64,000 nucleotides of DNA from Octopus sinensis. Its lineage: Eukaryota. The notes under the pieces are model-generated. The model was given only the letters and a program-made list of their open reading frames with translations. It was not told where the DNA came from and made no database searches. The stretch covers positions 12,276,001 to 12,340,000 of the forward strand of contig NC_043009.1 in assembly GCF_006345805.1 (NCBI RefSeq), written 5' to 3'. Both the position numbers and the translations under genes were made by a program. Positions 41,302 through 55,019 of the stretch are shown one piece after another (the stretch's first letter is position 1; each line of letters begins with the position of its first letter).

Positions 41302-42084
41302 TAGGTATATATGTATGTATGTATGTATGTATCTATCTATCTATGTATGTATGTATGTATATGTACACAGATTTAAGCATTCCATACTTATATAATTCGC
41401 TATTTAGATTTTACGCATCTATATACGTCTGTTTAAATAGCATTGTTTTTATTTAAAAAAAGTAAATAGCATTAATATAATTAGCTTCTGACATGTTTGG
41501 TAATAAATTGCATAATGATATGCCCGAAATTTTACTACAACTGTTTTTAATAACAATTTATGATTCATATGTTAAAGAATTATAACTCGATTCATGTTGG
41601 ATGTCTGCAACACTTTACCTATCTTACTTATGTGTTTGTTTGTCTATCTCTACCTGTATGCTTAGCCATGACATCTATTTTCAAGTTTAGTTTGATGATG
41701 TGTTTATTGAAGTTGTTCCTGAATATAGACATGGATTTCATCATCCAATCATTGATGGTTAATTCGTTTCGTTTAAAGAGACAATAACGCAACAGTTATG
41801 GTAAATTAGGAAATTGTAACGAATTAAAATATGGCTGGTTGTCTTTTTTCTGACTGTTATAGTGTCTCTAAATCGAAATTTAACAAGCTCGTAACACTAA
41901 AAAATTTCGGAATTTATATTGTATATAAACGAGGCTCTGTTGAGTTTATGCCGCTATGAAGATCATTATCAATGAAACCAAACTGAATAGAAACTTCTTT
42001 AAAATCACAGCAAGTCACATATTTAGCATTTACTCCAAATCATCTAGCAAAATTATCTGATAGTAATGACTTTATACCTATTTC

Positions 42085-42462
42085 TTTATTGCCCACAAGG
42101 GGTTAAACACAGAGAGGACAAACAAGAACAGACAAACGGATTAAGTCGATTATATCGACCCCGAAAGGATGAAAGGCAAAGTCGACCTCGGCAGAATTTG
42201 AACTCAGAACGTAACGGCAGACGAAATACCTATTTCTTTACTATCCACAAGGGGTTAAACACAGAGGGGACAAACAAGGACAGACAAACGGATTAAGTCG
42301 ATTATATCGACCCCAGTGCGTAACTGGTACTTACTTTATCGACCCCGAAAGGATGAAAGGCAAAGTCGACCTCGGCGGAATTTGAACTCAGAACGTAACG
42401 AGAGACGAAATACGGCTACGCATTTCGCCCGGCGTGCTAACGTTTCTGCCAGCTCGCCGCCT
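42085..42462 (-). mobile_element. SINE multimer
   Basis: Repeated SINE 3' units with junction gacgaaatacctatttcttta at 42220. Confidence 0.85.
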
Positions 42463-44051
42463 TTTAATGACTTTATATATCGATACAAGACAACACGTAC
42501 TTTTAATGGGGATTATTTTTTGTTAAATTGTGTTTATTACATCATAGCTTTTATCGACATCAGAGAAATAAAAGACAAAAGCGAACTGATATGAAATGAA
42601 CTCTTATCCAAATGAGATGAAACTTTACCGTTTAGTATACTCTGAAATGTATAGAAAGGGCATCCAATAACAGAAGCTATGCAATAATGGAATATAAAAA
42701 CCAAGACATATTCTTCCAACTTATCTAAGGAGGACTAGCTTGATAGGCACTGAAAATACCATGTACATGGTGTTATATGTCAGCTGGTAATTTGAGTTTC
42801 ACCACAAACTCAGCCCAAGAAAGAGTTCACTACTACTTTGCAGTACTTGTACATGTTTTATATATCACAACTGGAGTATTGGTAGTCAAGCTTCTGACAG
42901 GCCAACCACTGCTCACTCTATTTCTGAAAGAATAAGTAGTAAAGGAGTATCTATAAACTTGATGTAGAACAAACATTTCAAAGGGCTTCATTTGTAAAGC
43001 ACCAGTTTCTCTGACCAGTGACACAGTCTTATTAGATTACTAGATTGTTTAAACATTTCGGGTTACTTAAATTAATTAACAAATATAATCTGTTACGCTA
43101 ACCACTCTTTAAAGATGCTGAATCGTTGGAAGTTTTCAGTTAGGAAGAAGGTGAACATTTACAATACGGAATATGCTTGTCCATTATATCGAATTTACAA
43201 ACGTAATAGACAACCAATTACTGTAATACAAGAGAATAAAAACGACTCGTATACGGTATCCGAAGTCATTACTAGGGTTCATTTGAATATCTGTTTGAAT
43301 ATCACTGGCTTATGATTAAGAACAGTCATGAATCTGAGTGGAAGAGATATAATTTATGATCGTAATGCATTTTCTAAATACATTAATAGCGTAAAGGAAA
43401 AGAAATATCTTTAACTCAGAATAAAAAATCTGACAAATCTCCAAGAAGGCTGTTTGGGTCGTGATTACTCCGTCATTATTTAGGTATAATGTATTCAGAA
43501 TTTACAATCCCATGTGATATCACTTCTTTTAAGGAGGGAGCGCAAAATTTGTGGAAGATTTGGTTGCTGAATTTAGTATATCGTATGATCATTTAGAAGT
43601 ATTCCTCGTGGTTCGATATTTTGAAATATTGCGACGAATATGAATTATCATGTTTTGTCGTGAAATGATAACAATCCTCTCTAATATAGGCACAATGTCT
43701 GAAATTTTGAGGGAGAGGGTAGTCGATTACATCGACCCCGGTACTTGATTGATACTCATCTTATCGATCTTGAAAGGATGAATGGCAAAAAAGTTGAACT
43801 CAGAACATTGAAATGCTAACCATTTTGTCCGGCGTGCTAACGTTCCCGCTAGCTTGTCGCCATAAACAGAATGATAGTAATAAGGTAATACTTCCGTTTT
43901 CATATATAACGAATTAAAATTCTGAACACTGAATACTCAAAAAGAAAAAGAACATATACTTCACAATCTCCAGTTACTCTGCCTATAAAATCTTGAAATT
44001 ATTTGCACGCTAGAAGAATATTCCTGACTCAAAAAGGTTAACTTTAAATTA

Positions 44052-44086
<35 letters not shown>

Positions 44087-44239
44087 ACACACACAGAGAG
44101 AGAGAGAGAAAGGCATTTTCACACTTTCTTCAAGAAGGATTTTGAGCCTATCTCTTCTTCCCCTCTCTACACGTAGCTGAACTGCTTGATCAATGCCACA
44201 AACCAATTAACACACCTACACGTACTCATTTCCACATTC

Positions 44240-44750
44240 TGAACTTGCATCCATCATATTGAACTTGCACTTCTTTCAAAACAGCTCCTTGTTTCTTCTC
44301 TCCTTCTTCCATCGGTACTTATCTGTCGTTTCACAGCACTTACAGACGTACTTTACTTCACTATCTTTTCAACTTTCCGCGTTTAAGCTCTTTCATAATC
44401 ATGCCAGATCTTCACCGGGATCTAAGACTTTTACCATTGTCTTCGGTTGTTACGTTCACTTCCGACGTTTACTATCGTGAATTTTCTGTCTGACTTAATC
44501 CTTCACTCTTTGTTTCACTGTTGTACGTCCCCAAAATAATGTTTTTCTCACCTACCTTAATATATATTCACCTTTCCATGTAATCTGCAGTACTTTCTTG
44601 GCACCTGTAGTTACATACACACTCGTTCATACAGCCTTGCATACACGCTTTCCTACTACTTACCTAACGTTAACACAGCAACATCATCCCACTCATCCCA
44701 TAACCAAAGTCATCAAATGTTCACCCTTAAATATCGATACACTTGCATAC
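44240..44750 (-). mobile_element. Possible ancient RTE-like LINE remnant
   Basis: Purine-rich minus strand with weak traces such as YARLYERVC; heavily degraded. Confidence 0.3.
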
Positions 44751-44763
44751 ACGAGGAGGTACC

Positions 44764-45400
44764 CAAAAGAAACCAGAATTTTGCTGGCAGAACCGTTAGC
44801 ACGGCGGGCGAAATGCTTAGCAGTATTTCATCTGCCATTACGTTCTGAGTTCAAATTCTACCGAGGTCGACTTTGCCTTTCATCCTTTGGGAGGCGATAA
44901 ATTAAATACCAGTTACGCACTGGGGTCGATGTAATCGACTCAATCCCTTTGTCTGTCCTTGTTTGTCCCCTCTATGTTTAGCCCCTTGTGGGCAATTAAG
45001 AAATAAGAATTTTGCAATGTTATTTTATTCACTTAGTTTTCCATGTTTACACTTTTGCCGCCTTCAAAGTATTCTTCATTTGAAGCAATGCATCAGTCCA
45101 AACGCGTTTTCCACTGTTCGAAACAGTGCTAGAACTCTTGCGAAGTGATGAATTTTAACGGCTCTGTTATTGTTTCTTCCCTTCTCCCACATCTGCAAAT
45201 GCCGTAGTACTAGCTTTCGTCACTAGTGATGACTTTCGAAAACGTTCCGGATCAACTTCCAGCTGTTCTTTCAGTTCACGAGGCACAATCAGTCGTGACT
45301 GCTTTTCACCTTCTGTGAGCAAGTGACCTTCTGAAAGCATTAAGTTATTACTGGGTTTCAGTCGCTTTGCCTTCTCTGTATTGTACTGCAGTTTTTGCAT
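44764..45400 (-). mobile_element. Internally deleted mariner element, interrupted by a SINE
   Basis: TIR-like acgaggaggtacccaaaagaaaccagaat; minus-strand HLLTEGEKQSRLIVPRELKEQLEVDP and C-terminal CIASNEEYFEG motifs; SINE 44785-45005 flanked by TSD agaattttgc (44775, 45006). Confidence 0.8.
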
Positions 45401-45895
45401 TCCATTACACACACACACATATATGTATGTGTATATGCTTTATATGCGTACTAAGGCTGCTATTGGTTTCATGTTAAAGAATAACTCAAGAATTATCAAA
45501 CCTTTCGCATCGGAGCTCGTCTCCATTTTGGATTAAAACACGATAAGTCACGGAAAGTTACAAGAAAATCACGCGAGAAGTTCGGTGGTAAAAAGACAGA
45601 AGACATCGGGGGAACAACTCTAGGATGATTATCTCCCTTCGTTTCGACTTCTCGTAAAATTAAGATTCACATATGTATACATGTATACACAACCCTGAAT
45701 TAATATTTAACGTGCATAAAATTTTACAATTTCAAAATTTGTGCACTTAAAAGTTCCTATTTACATACATGTGCACCTGGTTGGTGAATGTTTATCACAT
45801 ACTATGACATCAAAATTTTAGTGTTTTTGTAATTTCATATACTACTGAGTTTGTGGATATGTGCGTATTCATAGATTAGTATATTTATCTGTCTT

Positions 45896-45983
<88 letters not shown>

Positions 45984-46026
45984 CCTATCTATCTATCTAC
46001 CTATCTATCTATCTAACTATCTATCG

Positions 46027-46080
<54 letters not shown>

Positions 46081-46090
46081 AGTGTGTCTG

Positions 46091-46222
<132 letters not shown>

Positions 46223-46365
46223 GACATAGTATATATTTAAATACATAGAGAATCCACTTATAGGGATTCCACGTGCTAGAAAGAACAGCTAAGTTCTAAA
46301 CCACCAAAAATTGGGAATAAGATTCGACAGGAATAAATTTGGAAATTAAAAACATTTACCATCTA

Positions 46366-46447
46366 GATTCCTGGACCAATTAGTTTCTAATCTTCTTTTA
46401 GCGAGTCATAGAGAGCTCACAAGGGCTGATTTTCGTTAGCAAGAACC
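46366..46447 (-). ncRNA. Hammerhead fold, family C (core CUAACGA, G5A)
   Basis: Mirror copy of 46666-46747 in the left foldback arm. Confidence 0.55.
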
Positions 46448-46665
46448 AACCTATCTACACGAGACAAAACAGGCTACCTGTCCCGTGTACGTACAACCTA
46501 ACTTTTCAAATTTTCTTCGCAGACGCAATAAACCGCCAACTTTTAACCGAAAATTATCCAAAAATCTGCAGTATTCAATCATATCAAAGGGAAATGGAAT
46601 TTAATTAAAGTTAAAAATATTCAATCAAGAAACATATAGCATATTTTGTCTCGTGTAGATAGGTT

Positions 46666-46747
46666 GGTTCCTGCTAACGAAGATCAGCCCTTGTGAGCTC
46701 TCTATGACTCGCTAAAAGAAGATTAGAAACCAATTGGTCCAGGAATC
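46666..46747 (+). ncRNA. Hammerhead fold, family C (core CUAACGA, G5A)
   Basis: Helix I GGTTCCTG/CAGGAATC (8 bp); core CTAACGA; GAAA 46726-29; palindromic helix III ACCAATTGGT; GUC triplet. Confidence 0.6.
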
Positions 46748-47031
46748 TAGATGGTAAATGTTTTTAATTTCCAAATTTATTCCTGTCGAATTTTATCCCC
46801 AATTTTTTTTGTGGTTATAGAACTTAGTTGTCCTTTCTAGCGCATAGAATCCCTATAAGTGGATTCTCTATGTATTTAAATATACACTGTATCGTATGAC
46901 TAATATATAGTCTTTTTTTACTAAAATCTTTTACGCGTTGGACCACTGGAAAAGTAATTTTTGATTGAATGCTTTTAACTTTAATTAAATTCCATTTCCC
47001 ATTGATATGATATATATATATACACTTACAT

Positions 47032-47114
<83 letters not shown>

Positions 47115-47228
47115 CAATTAAGGACAACTTCTTAATAAGGAAAACTTAACAAGAAATTATCTGGTAGATAGCGTGAAAGACCTCATAAGAGAAAAATTTC
47201 GAAAATAATTCTTTCTTATTGAACATAT

Positions 47229-47540
47229 TAATTTATATATAGAGGGCATTATTATACATACATGCCACACGCTAAGAGGGACAAAATTAGTCATTTCTAC
47301 CAAACATTTTACTAATCCCACCGAATGCAATTTTTCAAAGTAAGACATTTAAAAATATAGACTTGTATCACCTGTGATTTCGTACCTCTGTATTCATCAG
47401 CAAGCCTGGACGTATCATAAATGTCTTACTTTGAAAAATTGCATTCGGTGGGATTAGTAAAATTTTTGGTAGAAATGACTAATTTTGTCCCTCTTAGCGT
47501 GTGGCATGTATGTATAATAATGCCCTCTATATATAAATTA
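47229..47540. repeat. Foldback inverted repeat, ~123-bp arms, between (TA)n tracts
   Basis: 47229-47351 vs 47418-47540, one mismatch seen. Confidence 0.95.
47360..47406 (-). ncRNA. Type I hammerhead ribozyme fold, family B (compact)
   Basis: Minus strand GGCTTG-CTGATGA-ATAC AGAG GTAC-GAAA-TCAC AG GTGAT-A-CAAGTC; all three helices pair. Confidence 0.85.
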
Positions 47541-47644
47541 TATATATATATATATATTGATAGAAATGGCAAGACAACAAAAGAATGATGGAGACCTCGA
47601 TATTATGTAACTAGAGGAATTTATCTGTAAATATATGTGACACT

Positions 47645-47720
47645 TATTCGGTAGCCATGATAAAACTCCAAGTTTCGGATGTCGGGGCGGAACCCACGCC
47701 GACACCTCTTCAGTTATCTG
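47645..47720 (-). ncRNA. Partial hammerhead (core plus helices II and III, no helix I)
   Basis: Minus strand CTGAAGA-GGTGTCGG..CCGACATCC-GAAAC-TTGG..CCGAAT-A; no helix I partner found. Confidence 0.4.
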
Positions 47721-47781
47721 GTCATAAAAAAAATGCTATGAAAATGACCGTTAAACAGTCCTTTGTTTAACGGTCATTTAT

Positions 47782-47826
<45 letters not shown>

Positions 47827-48509
47827 AAGAGAGAGAAAGAGAGAGACTTTTGTATACATAAACATGAAATGTACTTATATCTGCATTTCTGTGCGTACAT
47901 TTTGGACACTTATACGTGATTGTGAAATTTCACGTATATGTTACGAACATATTCTTACAAGTATCTTAATGTCAAATTTGTAATATTCTTCTTAATAATC
48001 CTCTGAATAACCCTAAACTTTAACTTTATACAATATAGCACTATTTTTAAAAATATTTAACTATAGTACGACATGATAAGATTTCCCCTGTTTCATTATC
48101 AATGGTCCGCTAGTGGCCAGCCCCTTAATTGTCAGTTAACATCTTGATTTAAGTTTTTCCTTTACCAAATCTCATGATATTGCTTCTAATAAATCTTGAT
48201 TTTTTTATGACTATACCCACTATGATTTCTGTCGACTCCCTCAGCCCTACCCCTAACAGACACTGCCGCTTGTCCTCTCGGCCTTAGATATACAAGGATT
48301 TGATAAAACTAGTCTATAAATTATAACTGACCCCATAAAACAGTGACAAGCAAGATCTGTAACAAATCTTTCTTCCTGATACCTTAGTAACTTCTAAGTT
48401 GAAGTGAAGGCAGCATGTTCTTTGTCTATCTCCTTACCTTCTTGGAGATTTCAGGTAAAATTATACTAATGTATCCATCTGTTTTAATTTAATTAAATTC
48501 TATGTCTTT

Positions 48510-48597
48510 GTGCAGCTGAGGATTGCTCTGCATTTAAATTGATGTAATGTTTGCATTGTTCAATTAAATGTAGTTGCGTGAAACGATCGTACTGCAT
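48510..48597 (+). ncRNA. Type I hammerhead ribozyme fold, family A
   Basis: Helix I GTGCAG/CTGCAT; core CTGAGGA 48516-22; helix II includes CTGCATTTAA/TTAAATGTAG; GAAA 48580-83; helix III ACGATCGT; GUA, predicted cut after 48591. Confidence 0.9.
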
Positions 48598-49466
48598 TAC
48601 TTCTGGATATCCTTGTTGCTTATTTTGATTTTAACCACCTTATTTTGAAATTGTATGGATAATACCGAACTAAATGCTGGTGCCTCAACTTAAGTACCAT
48701 ATTCATCTGAATCTATGTATATATGGCCCGAGGCTATAATCGAAGGCACTTACTCGAAGTGACACGCAGAAGGATTTAACCAGGAACCCTACTGTTCAGA
48801 AGCAAACTTCTTGTCACACAACCACGCCTTTCCGTGCGCATGTATGTGCGCATACATATAATTACATAACACACACATAGTTATACACATACACGCACCC
48901 ACACACGCACCTACACGCACCCCCACACACACATATATGAATATGTATACATAAATATACATGTCTATATAAATAAATAAAAATATATCATATACACACG
49001 CTACATAGATACATACAAAGGCGCTTTCATGCTTATATGTATATATATTTATATAGACCTATGAGGGCGAGAAAGAAAGAAAGAAAGAAAGACAGAAAGG
49101 AAGAAAGAAAGAAAGAGTGATGTACGAATAAATACGAAATTAATCTCTTGGTATGATGGAGACAAAAGAGCGTAAGGAGAGAACCATTCATGTGTGGTCT
49201 AAGAGTTTGTTTACGTCTTTCGGTTCCCTTTTTTGCTTGTAAACTTCGGCTGTATATTCAAATGTATATAAATATATTTGGTTGTTTGTTTATGCACGCG
49301 TGAGTATGAGTGTATATATGTATATGTATGTATATATGTATGTATATATATAAATATAATGTTATATATATATATATGTATGCATATATATATATGTATA
49401 TATGTATATACTCTCTTTCTCTCTCTCGCTTTTTCTCTCTCTCTCTCTCTTCTCTCTCTTCTCTCT

Positions 49467-49518
<52 letters not shown>

Positions 49519-49899
49519 AATGTATGTATCTATGCATGCATGCATGTGCGTGCTCGTCCTATAGCTGCGCAGTTAAACAAAGAAACTGTGTAATTTAATA
49601 TTTCAAAACACAACGACCGAACAACAAACAAACATATTTAAAACTACGATGCTAGTTTTTCTTAGATAGACATCAGACGGACAAACACGCTGCCAGGACG
49701 GCAGAAAGTCATGCAGGCATGCAGTATGCGGTGGTGGGGGAGAGGGACGTGCAGGGAAATATTTCGAAACACGCAAACTTTTAAGAAGGTATGGATAGAT
49801 GAGTGGTTAGAAAGTTCACTTGACAACTACGTGGTTTTGGGTTCAGTCCTACTGTGCATTTGCTTCGGCAATTGCCTTCTAATATTATCGTGAGATAAG

Positions 49900-50575
49900 G
49901 CGGTGAGCTGGCAGAAATGTTAGCACGCCGGGCGAAATGCGTTGCCATATTTCGTCTGCCGTTACGTTCTGAGTTCAAATTCCGCCGAGATCGACTTTGC
50001 CTTTCATCCTTTCGGGGTCGATTAAATAAGTACCAGTTACGCACTGGGGTCGATGTAATCGACTTAATCCGTTTATCTGTCCTTGTTTATCCTCTCTGTG
50101 TTTAGCCCCTTGTGGGTAGTAAAGAAATAGGTATTTCGTCTGCCGCTACGTTCTGACTTCAAATTCCGCCGAGGTCGACTTTGCCTTTCATCCTTTCGGG
50201 GTCGATTAAATAAGTACCAGTTACGCACTGGGGTCGATATAATCGACTTAATCCGTTTATCTGTCCTTGTTTATCCTCTCTGTGTTTAGCCCCTTGTGGG
50301 TAGTAAAGAAATAGGTATTTCGTCTGCCGCTACGTTCTGAGTTCAAATTCCGCCGAGGTCGACTTTGCCTTTCATCCTTTCGGGGTCGATTAAATAAGTA
50401 CCAGTTACGCACTGGGGTCGATATAATCGACTTAATCCGTTTATCTGTCCTTGTTTATCCTCTCTGTGTTTAGCCCCTGTGGGTAGTAAGAAAAAGATTT
50501 AGGTTGTTGCCGCTACGTTCTGACTTCAAATTCCGCCGAGGTCGACTTTGCCTTTCATCCTTTCGGGGTCGATTA
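49900..50575 (+). mobile_element. SINE head plus tandem 184-bp truncated units (~3.4 units)
   Basis: Junction ggtatttcgtc at 50130 and 50314 (period 184). Confidence 0.92.
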
Positions 50576-50713
50576 TGTATGTATGTATGTATGTATGTGT
50601 ATGTATATATGTGTGTATGTATGTATATATGTGTGTATGTATGTATGTATGTGTGTATGCATGTATGTATGTATGTATGCATGTATGTATGTATGTGTAT
50701 GTATGTATGTGTG

Positions 50714-50744
<31 letters not shown>

Positions 50745-52125
50745 GTATGTATGTATGTATGCATGCATGCATGCATACATGTATGTATGTATGTGTATGT
50801 ATGTATGTGTCTATGTATGTATGTATGCATGAATGTATATATCCATGTATCTATGTATGTATCTATGTATGTAAATGATATAGTTCACTCTTTGTTTCTT
50901 CGTCAATAAATTCCTGATCTTACTTTTTCGCAGGCAGTCAATTTAAGTTGTTCCCACTTCATGGGAAGATACACGTAACCGTTATTTCATTTTGCAAAAT
51001 ACCATTGCAATGCCACACTTCACATTTAGAGATAATTTTTCTGTTTGTTGACTGATGAAAGAAAAACATCGGAATGAGAGATTGAGATTTCTGATACATA
51101 AATTTCCCTTGGATTTTGTTCTTCTCTCTTCCGTTCTCGAAAATAATTACTTTTAATTGAAAGGGTACATTCTATTCTACCGTTGTTGGTGTGTGTATGC
51201 GTGTGTGTGTGTGTGTGCGCGTGTGTATGTGCTATAGGCATGCGCGCGTGTATGCATATGTATGTGTGGCTGCTCTCAGAGTGATAGAGTAATCTATCTC
51301 TGTCTCTCTCTATATAAGAATCTATTTATCTACATGGCTGATTCTGTCATTTTAGATTTGAAGTACTTCTAGAGAAGTATTTTTGAAAATGGCAATACGT
51401 ACTATTACGGCTAAAGCTAAATTAAGATAATTGATGCCATTTATCAGGGACAGATTAAAGAATTTCCACCGGTATTATGTTATTTTTACGCATAAATATT
51501 ATGTATGTGTACGTACGTATATATATATATATGTGTGTGTCTGTGTAAATATATGTGCGTGTTTGTGTGTGTGTATGTATAACATACATGCGCAGCTATT
51601 TAAAGTAATGATAACCGCTTCATTTTTCATTAATCTCCACTCGAGGGTCGGTATGTGTACCAAAACGTTATGGATATGTGGATATATATGCTTGCTGCTC
51701 TTGTAAAATGAAAATAAAAATAACGCAACGTTATTTAGTTGTATTCAAGTTAATGATTTCAGTTTTGTTTTTACTACGTTTGTTTGTTTGCATTTCAAGT
51801 GAAAGTACTTACGTTTCAGTAGACAAACACAAGCACTTATGTGCTTTGAAACTATAAAAAGAAGAGATAGAGAAAAAAAAAAGTAAATGTAATCACTGAA
51901 ACGTTATCAAACACTTCAGTTGAAAAGTTGCATGTACTGTAATAGAGTGGGAAACCGTCCACGAATCCAGCCGACAGTTCTTCTGGTGTGTCTCGGATAA
52001 AATGACTCTCGATAGTCTCTTCAACAATTACTTGATACATACCAGTAATTCAGCCCTCATGGTGTATATTACTGATTACTTTGATATTCCTAGGAAACAC
52101 ATAATCACAGCTATTACCACTTTAT

Positions 52126-52201
<76 letters not shown>

Positions 52202-52287
52202 TGTATATATATATATATATATAGTATGTATGTAATATATATATGTATGTATATATATATATGTATATATATGTATGTGTGTGTATG

Positions 52288-52320
<33 letters not shown>

Positions 52321-52345
52321 GTATGTATATATACATATATATACA

Positions 52346-52378
<33 letters not shown>

Positions 52379-55019
52379 GTATATATACATATATATAACA
52401 TATATATTATATATATATATATAAATGTATGTATGTATATATATATATATATAATATATATATATATACGTCATATGTATATGTATATTTGTTTTTTTAT
52501 CTATTTATGTTTTTATATCTATTTTATTATCAGTTTCATAAAGCTATGGTTTGATGCCAATATGAAAACAAATAAATTACAATTATGTATTAATTGCTAA
52601 TGAATTAACTCTAATATCAATTAAAAGTAGATGACGTGTCTATGCTAATATAAGCTGAAGCTGCATGTAATACAGGGTAAATTAGTGAAGTCTATATATT
52701 TCTTGAGAGATGCTACCTGACACTACTTTTGTAAGGAATACGATAGTTTTATGACAGTCTTGACACCCGTGCTCTGGAATAGATATCCGAAAACCTAAAC
52801 CGATGGTATGAAGCAATGTGATTCATCAAAATTTGTAGGGAACAGAAAACAATCTAGTGGACATAATATTTATTAGTTTCTTTATATATTTAGAGTCATG
52901 AGAACTTTACTGGAGTAGAATATGCAAGCTCTGCTTAGAATATACCAAAACCTTTTCCTATTACTCCTGACAGTAAAGAAACAATGAGCGGTGACGAAGA
53001 CCATTCCCAATATATCATACCAGTATTGAAAAGCATCGGAGTTATGCACTTGCTCTAGTCAAGAGGAAATACACAAAACAGAGACGAATATATATTCATC
53101 ATGATTTATATAAATGATTCTTAAAACAGTATAGAAAGTCTCTAAATATTTAAAACTACTTTTTTAGTAGCACATTGGGTCAGACTGCAGATAAACCGTT
53201 TCCAAAATACCAAAGAATCGGTCTGTAATGACCGACATTTAGGCCTAACATTGACTTAAAAATAATATGTAAAGTCAAAGAAAAATTCCAAGTAATCGAC
53301 TCAAAAAACACTCAAGAAACTTGTAAAATATGTTTCGCTCATAAACACACATTGTCTGAGCGAGTGATCTTTGTTGAAAACATTTTAATGTCGGCAAAAT
53401 GTAATCTACGAAGTTCCAACGACGAAACTTTTATAAGAATCTGACAGAAAATGTTGATCAATTTCATTCATAATCGTTGCTGGTGTGTCTTGCCTATAAG
53501 ATTATGGCTCTGAAAATAAAATTCACCAACATTATTTCATAGAAAAGCATAAAATATTCAGTTAAATATAAATCTGCAGAGCTAGTCTTTTTATTTTCGA
53601 TGAATTCTTCATCAAGCGTGTGTAAATTGTGGTTAATTTAGTTAATCTGTCCTTGTTTGCTTAAAGGAGTTTTGAAGAACTGTGAAAAATGTTCATTGGT
53701 TAGTGCACCATGAAAATCTTGTCAGTTGAAATGTTGAGTCTTTAGCAGTAAAATAAATAAATAAATAAATGAATAAATAAACAATCCAGATGTAGCACAC
53801 ACTTAATATCCGCCTGATAACGTTCTGTATACTTTTTTATTCTGTTCTCTCTGTCAAAATTAATTTGAAAGAAAATGTGGTGTTTGTGGTGTTATGGGCT
53901 GTGATGATCTATGTGGTGTTGGTGGAGAGGATTGCAGATGAGGTAAACGGAAGTGAAGACTGCAGGGGCCGGCGGAAGAGCCACGGGGGCATGCGTGGGC
54001 AAAAAGCACGTGCGGGCAGTTCGATGAGAAAAGGCAGCGTGCAAGGACGTGTTTTTACTTCACAGTGATTGCCTAGGTCAACAGGTAAGGTCTCTGTATT
54101 TCTTTCTCCCTTTTGCTTCTTTTTCTGTTGTCTTTTTCCACCATCACACTACAGAAAGGCAATGCTATTCCAACTGCTGTATATCTTGATTTCAAATTTT
54201 GGCACAATACCAGCAAGTTTGGATGAGGGGGCTAAGTCAATTAGATCGACCCCAGTGCTCGACTGGTTCTCATTTTATCGACTCCGAAAGGATGAACGTG
54301 ACATTTGCACTCGGAACACAAAGACAGACGAAATTCCGCTAAGCATTTTGCCCGGCATGCTAACGATTTTGCCAGCTCAATTCATGTCATTATGGTATCT
54401 TCTATAATTCCAGCTTTTTTAGTCAGGGGTTGTGAGGCAATGCTTATGCCACTGTGCAGAACCTTCAAGACTGGTTGGAGAGAGGGAAAGGCAGAGGACT
54501 GTTTCCTCAAACTGAAGACCTAGCTTGAATACTTGTAACAGAATAGATTCTGCCAAATGCTCCCAAGGTGGGGAACCTATACGCCAAGGAAACCGGGAAA
54601 CCGGCCCTGATGAGCCAGGCATGGTTCGAGAAGGAACAAACAAAACCCCACAAGTAGGCCATATCGGGATTTGAATTCAGAATGTAAGGATCCAGAACGA
54701 ATACTGCAAGGCATCTGGCCTAACAGTTTTCCAGTGTCGCATGTTTGCCTCGGATTTTCGGATAGGTGCTTTTTTATTGGCTCCGAAAATTCGGAAAGGC
54801 AAATTTGACCGTAGTAAGATTTGAACTCAGAATGCAGTGAGTAGGAACAAATGTCGCGAGACATTTTATCAAGCACTTTAACAACCCTATCAAATGGCCG
54901 CCCAAACTGACAGAAATGCTGGAATAAAGAATATCAAGTGGAAGAGTTTACGTTCAAAAGCACAGATTATAAAACCTACGTAACTCTTATAAAGTTCAGA
55001 ATAAGAATTAGAACGAATA

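Larger units (their letters stand above)
46232..46884. repeat. Foldback inverted repeat, ~240-bp arms
   Basis: 46232-46469 is the reverse complement of 46644-46884 with scattered mismatches. Confidence 0.95.

Noticed and set aside
42600-43330. Possible CR1-type reverse transcriptase remnant
   Set aside because: Only faint motif resemblance across several frames with many stops; not supportable
54607-54635. CTGATGA followed by a hairpin as a hammerhead
   Set aside because: It is followed by GAGAA, not GAAA, with no helix I or III; the paralogous SINE tail at ~10237 reads CTTATGA
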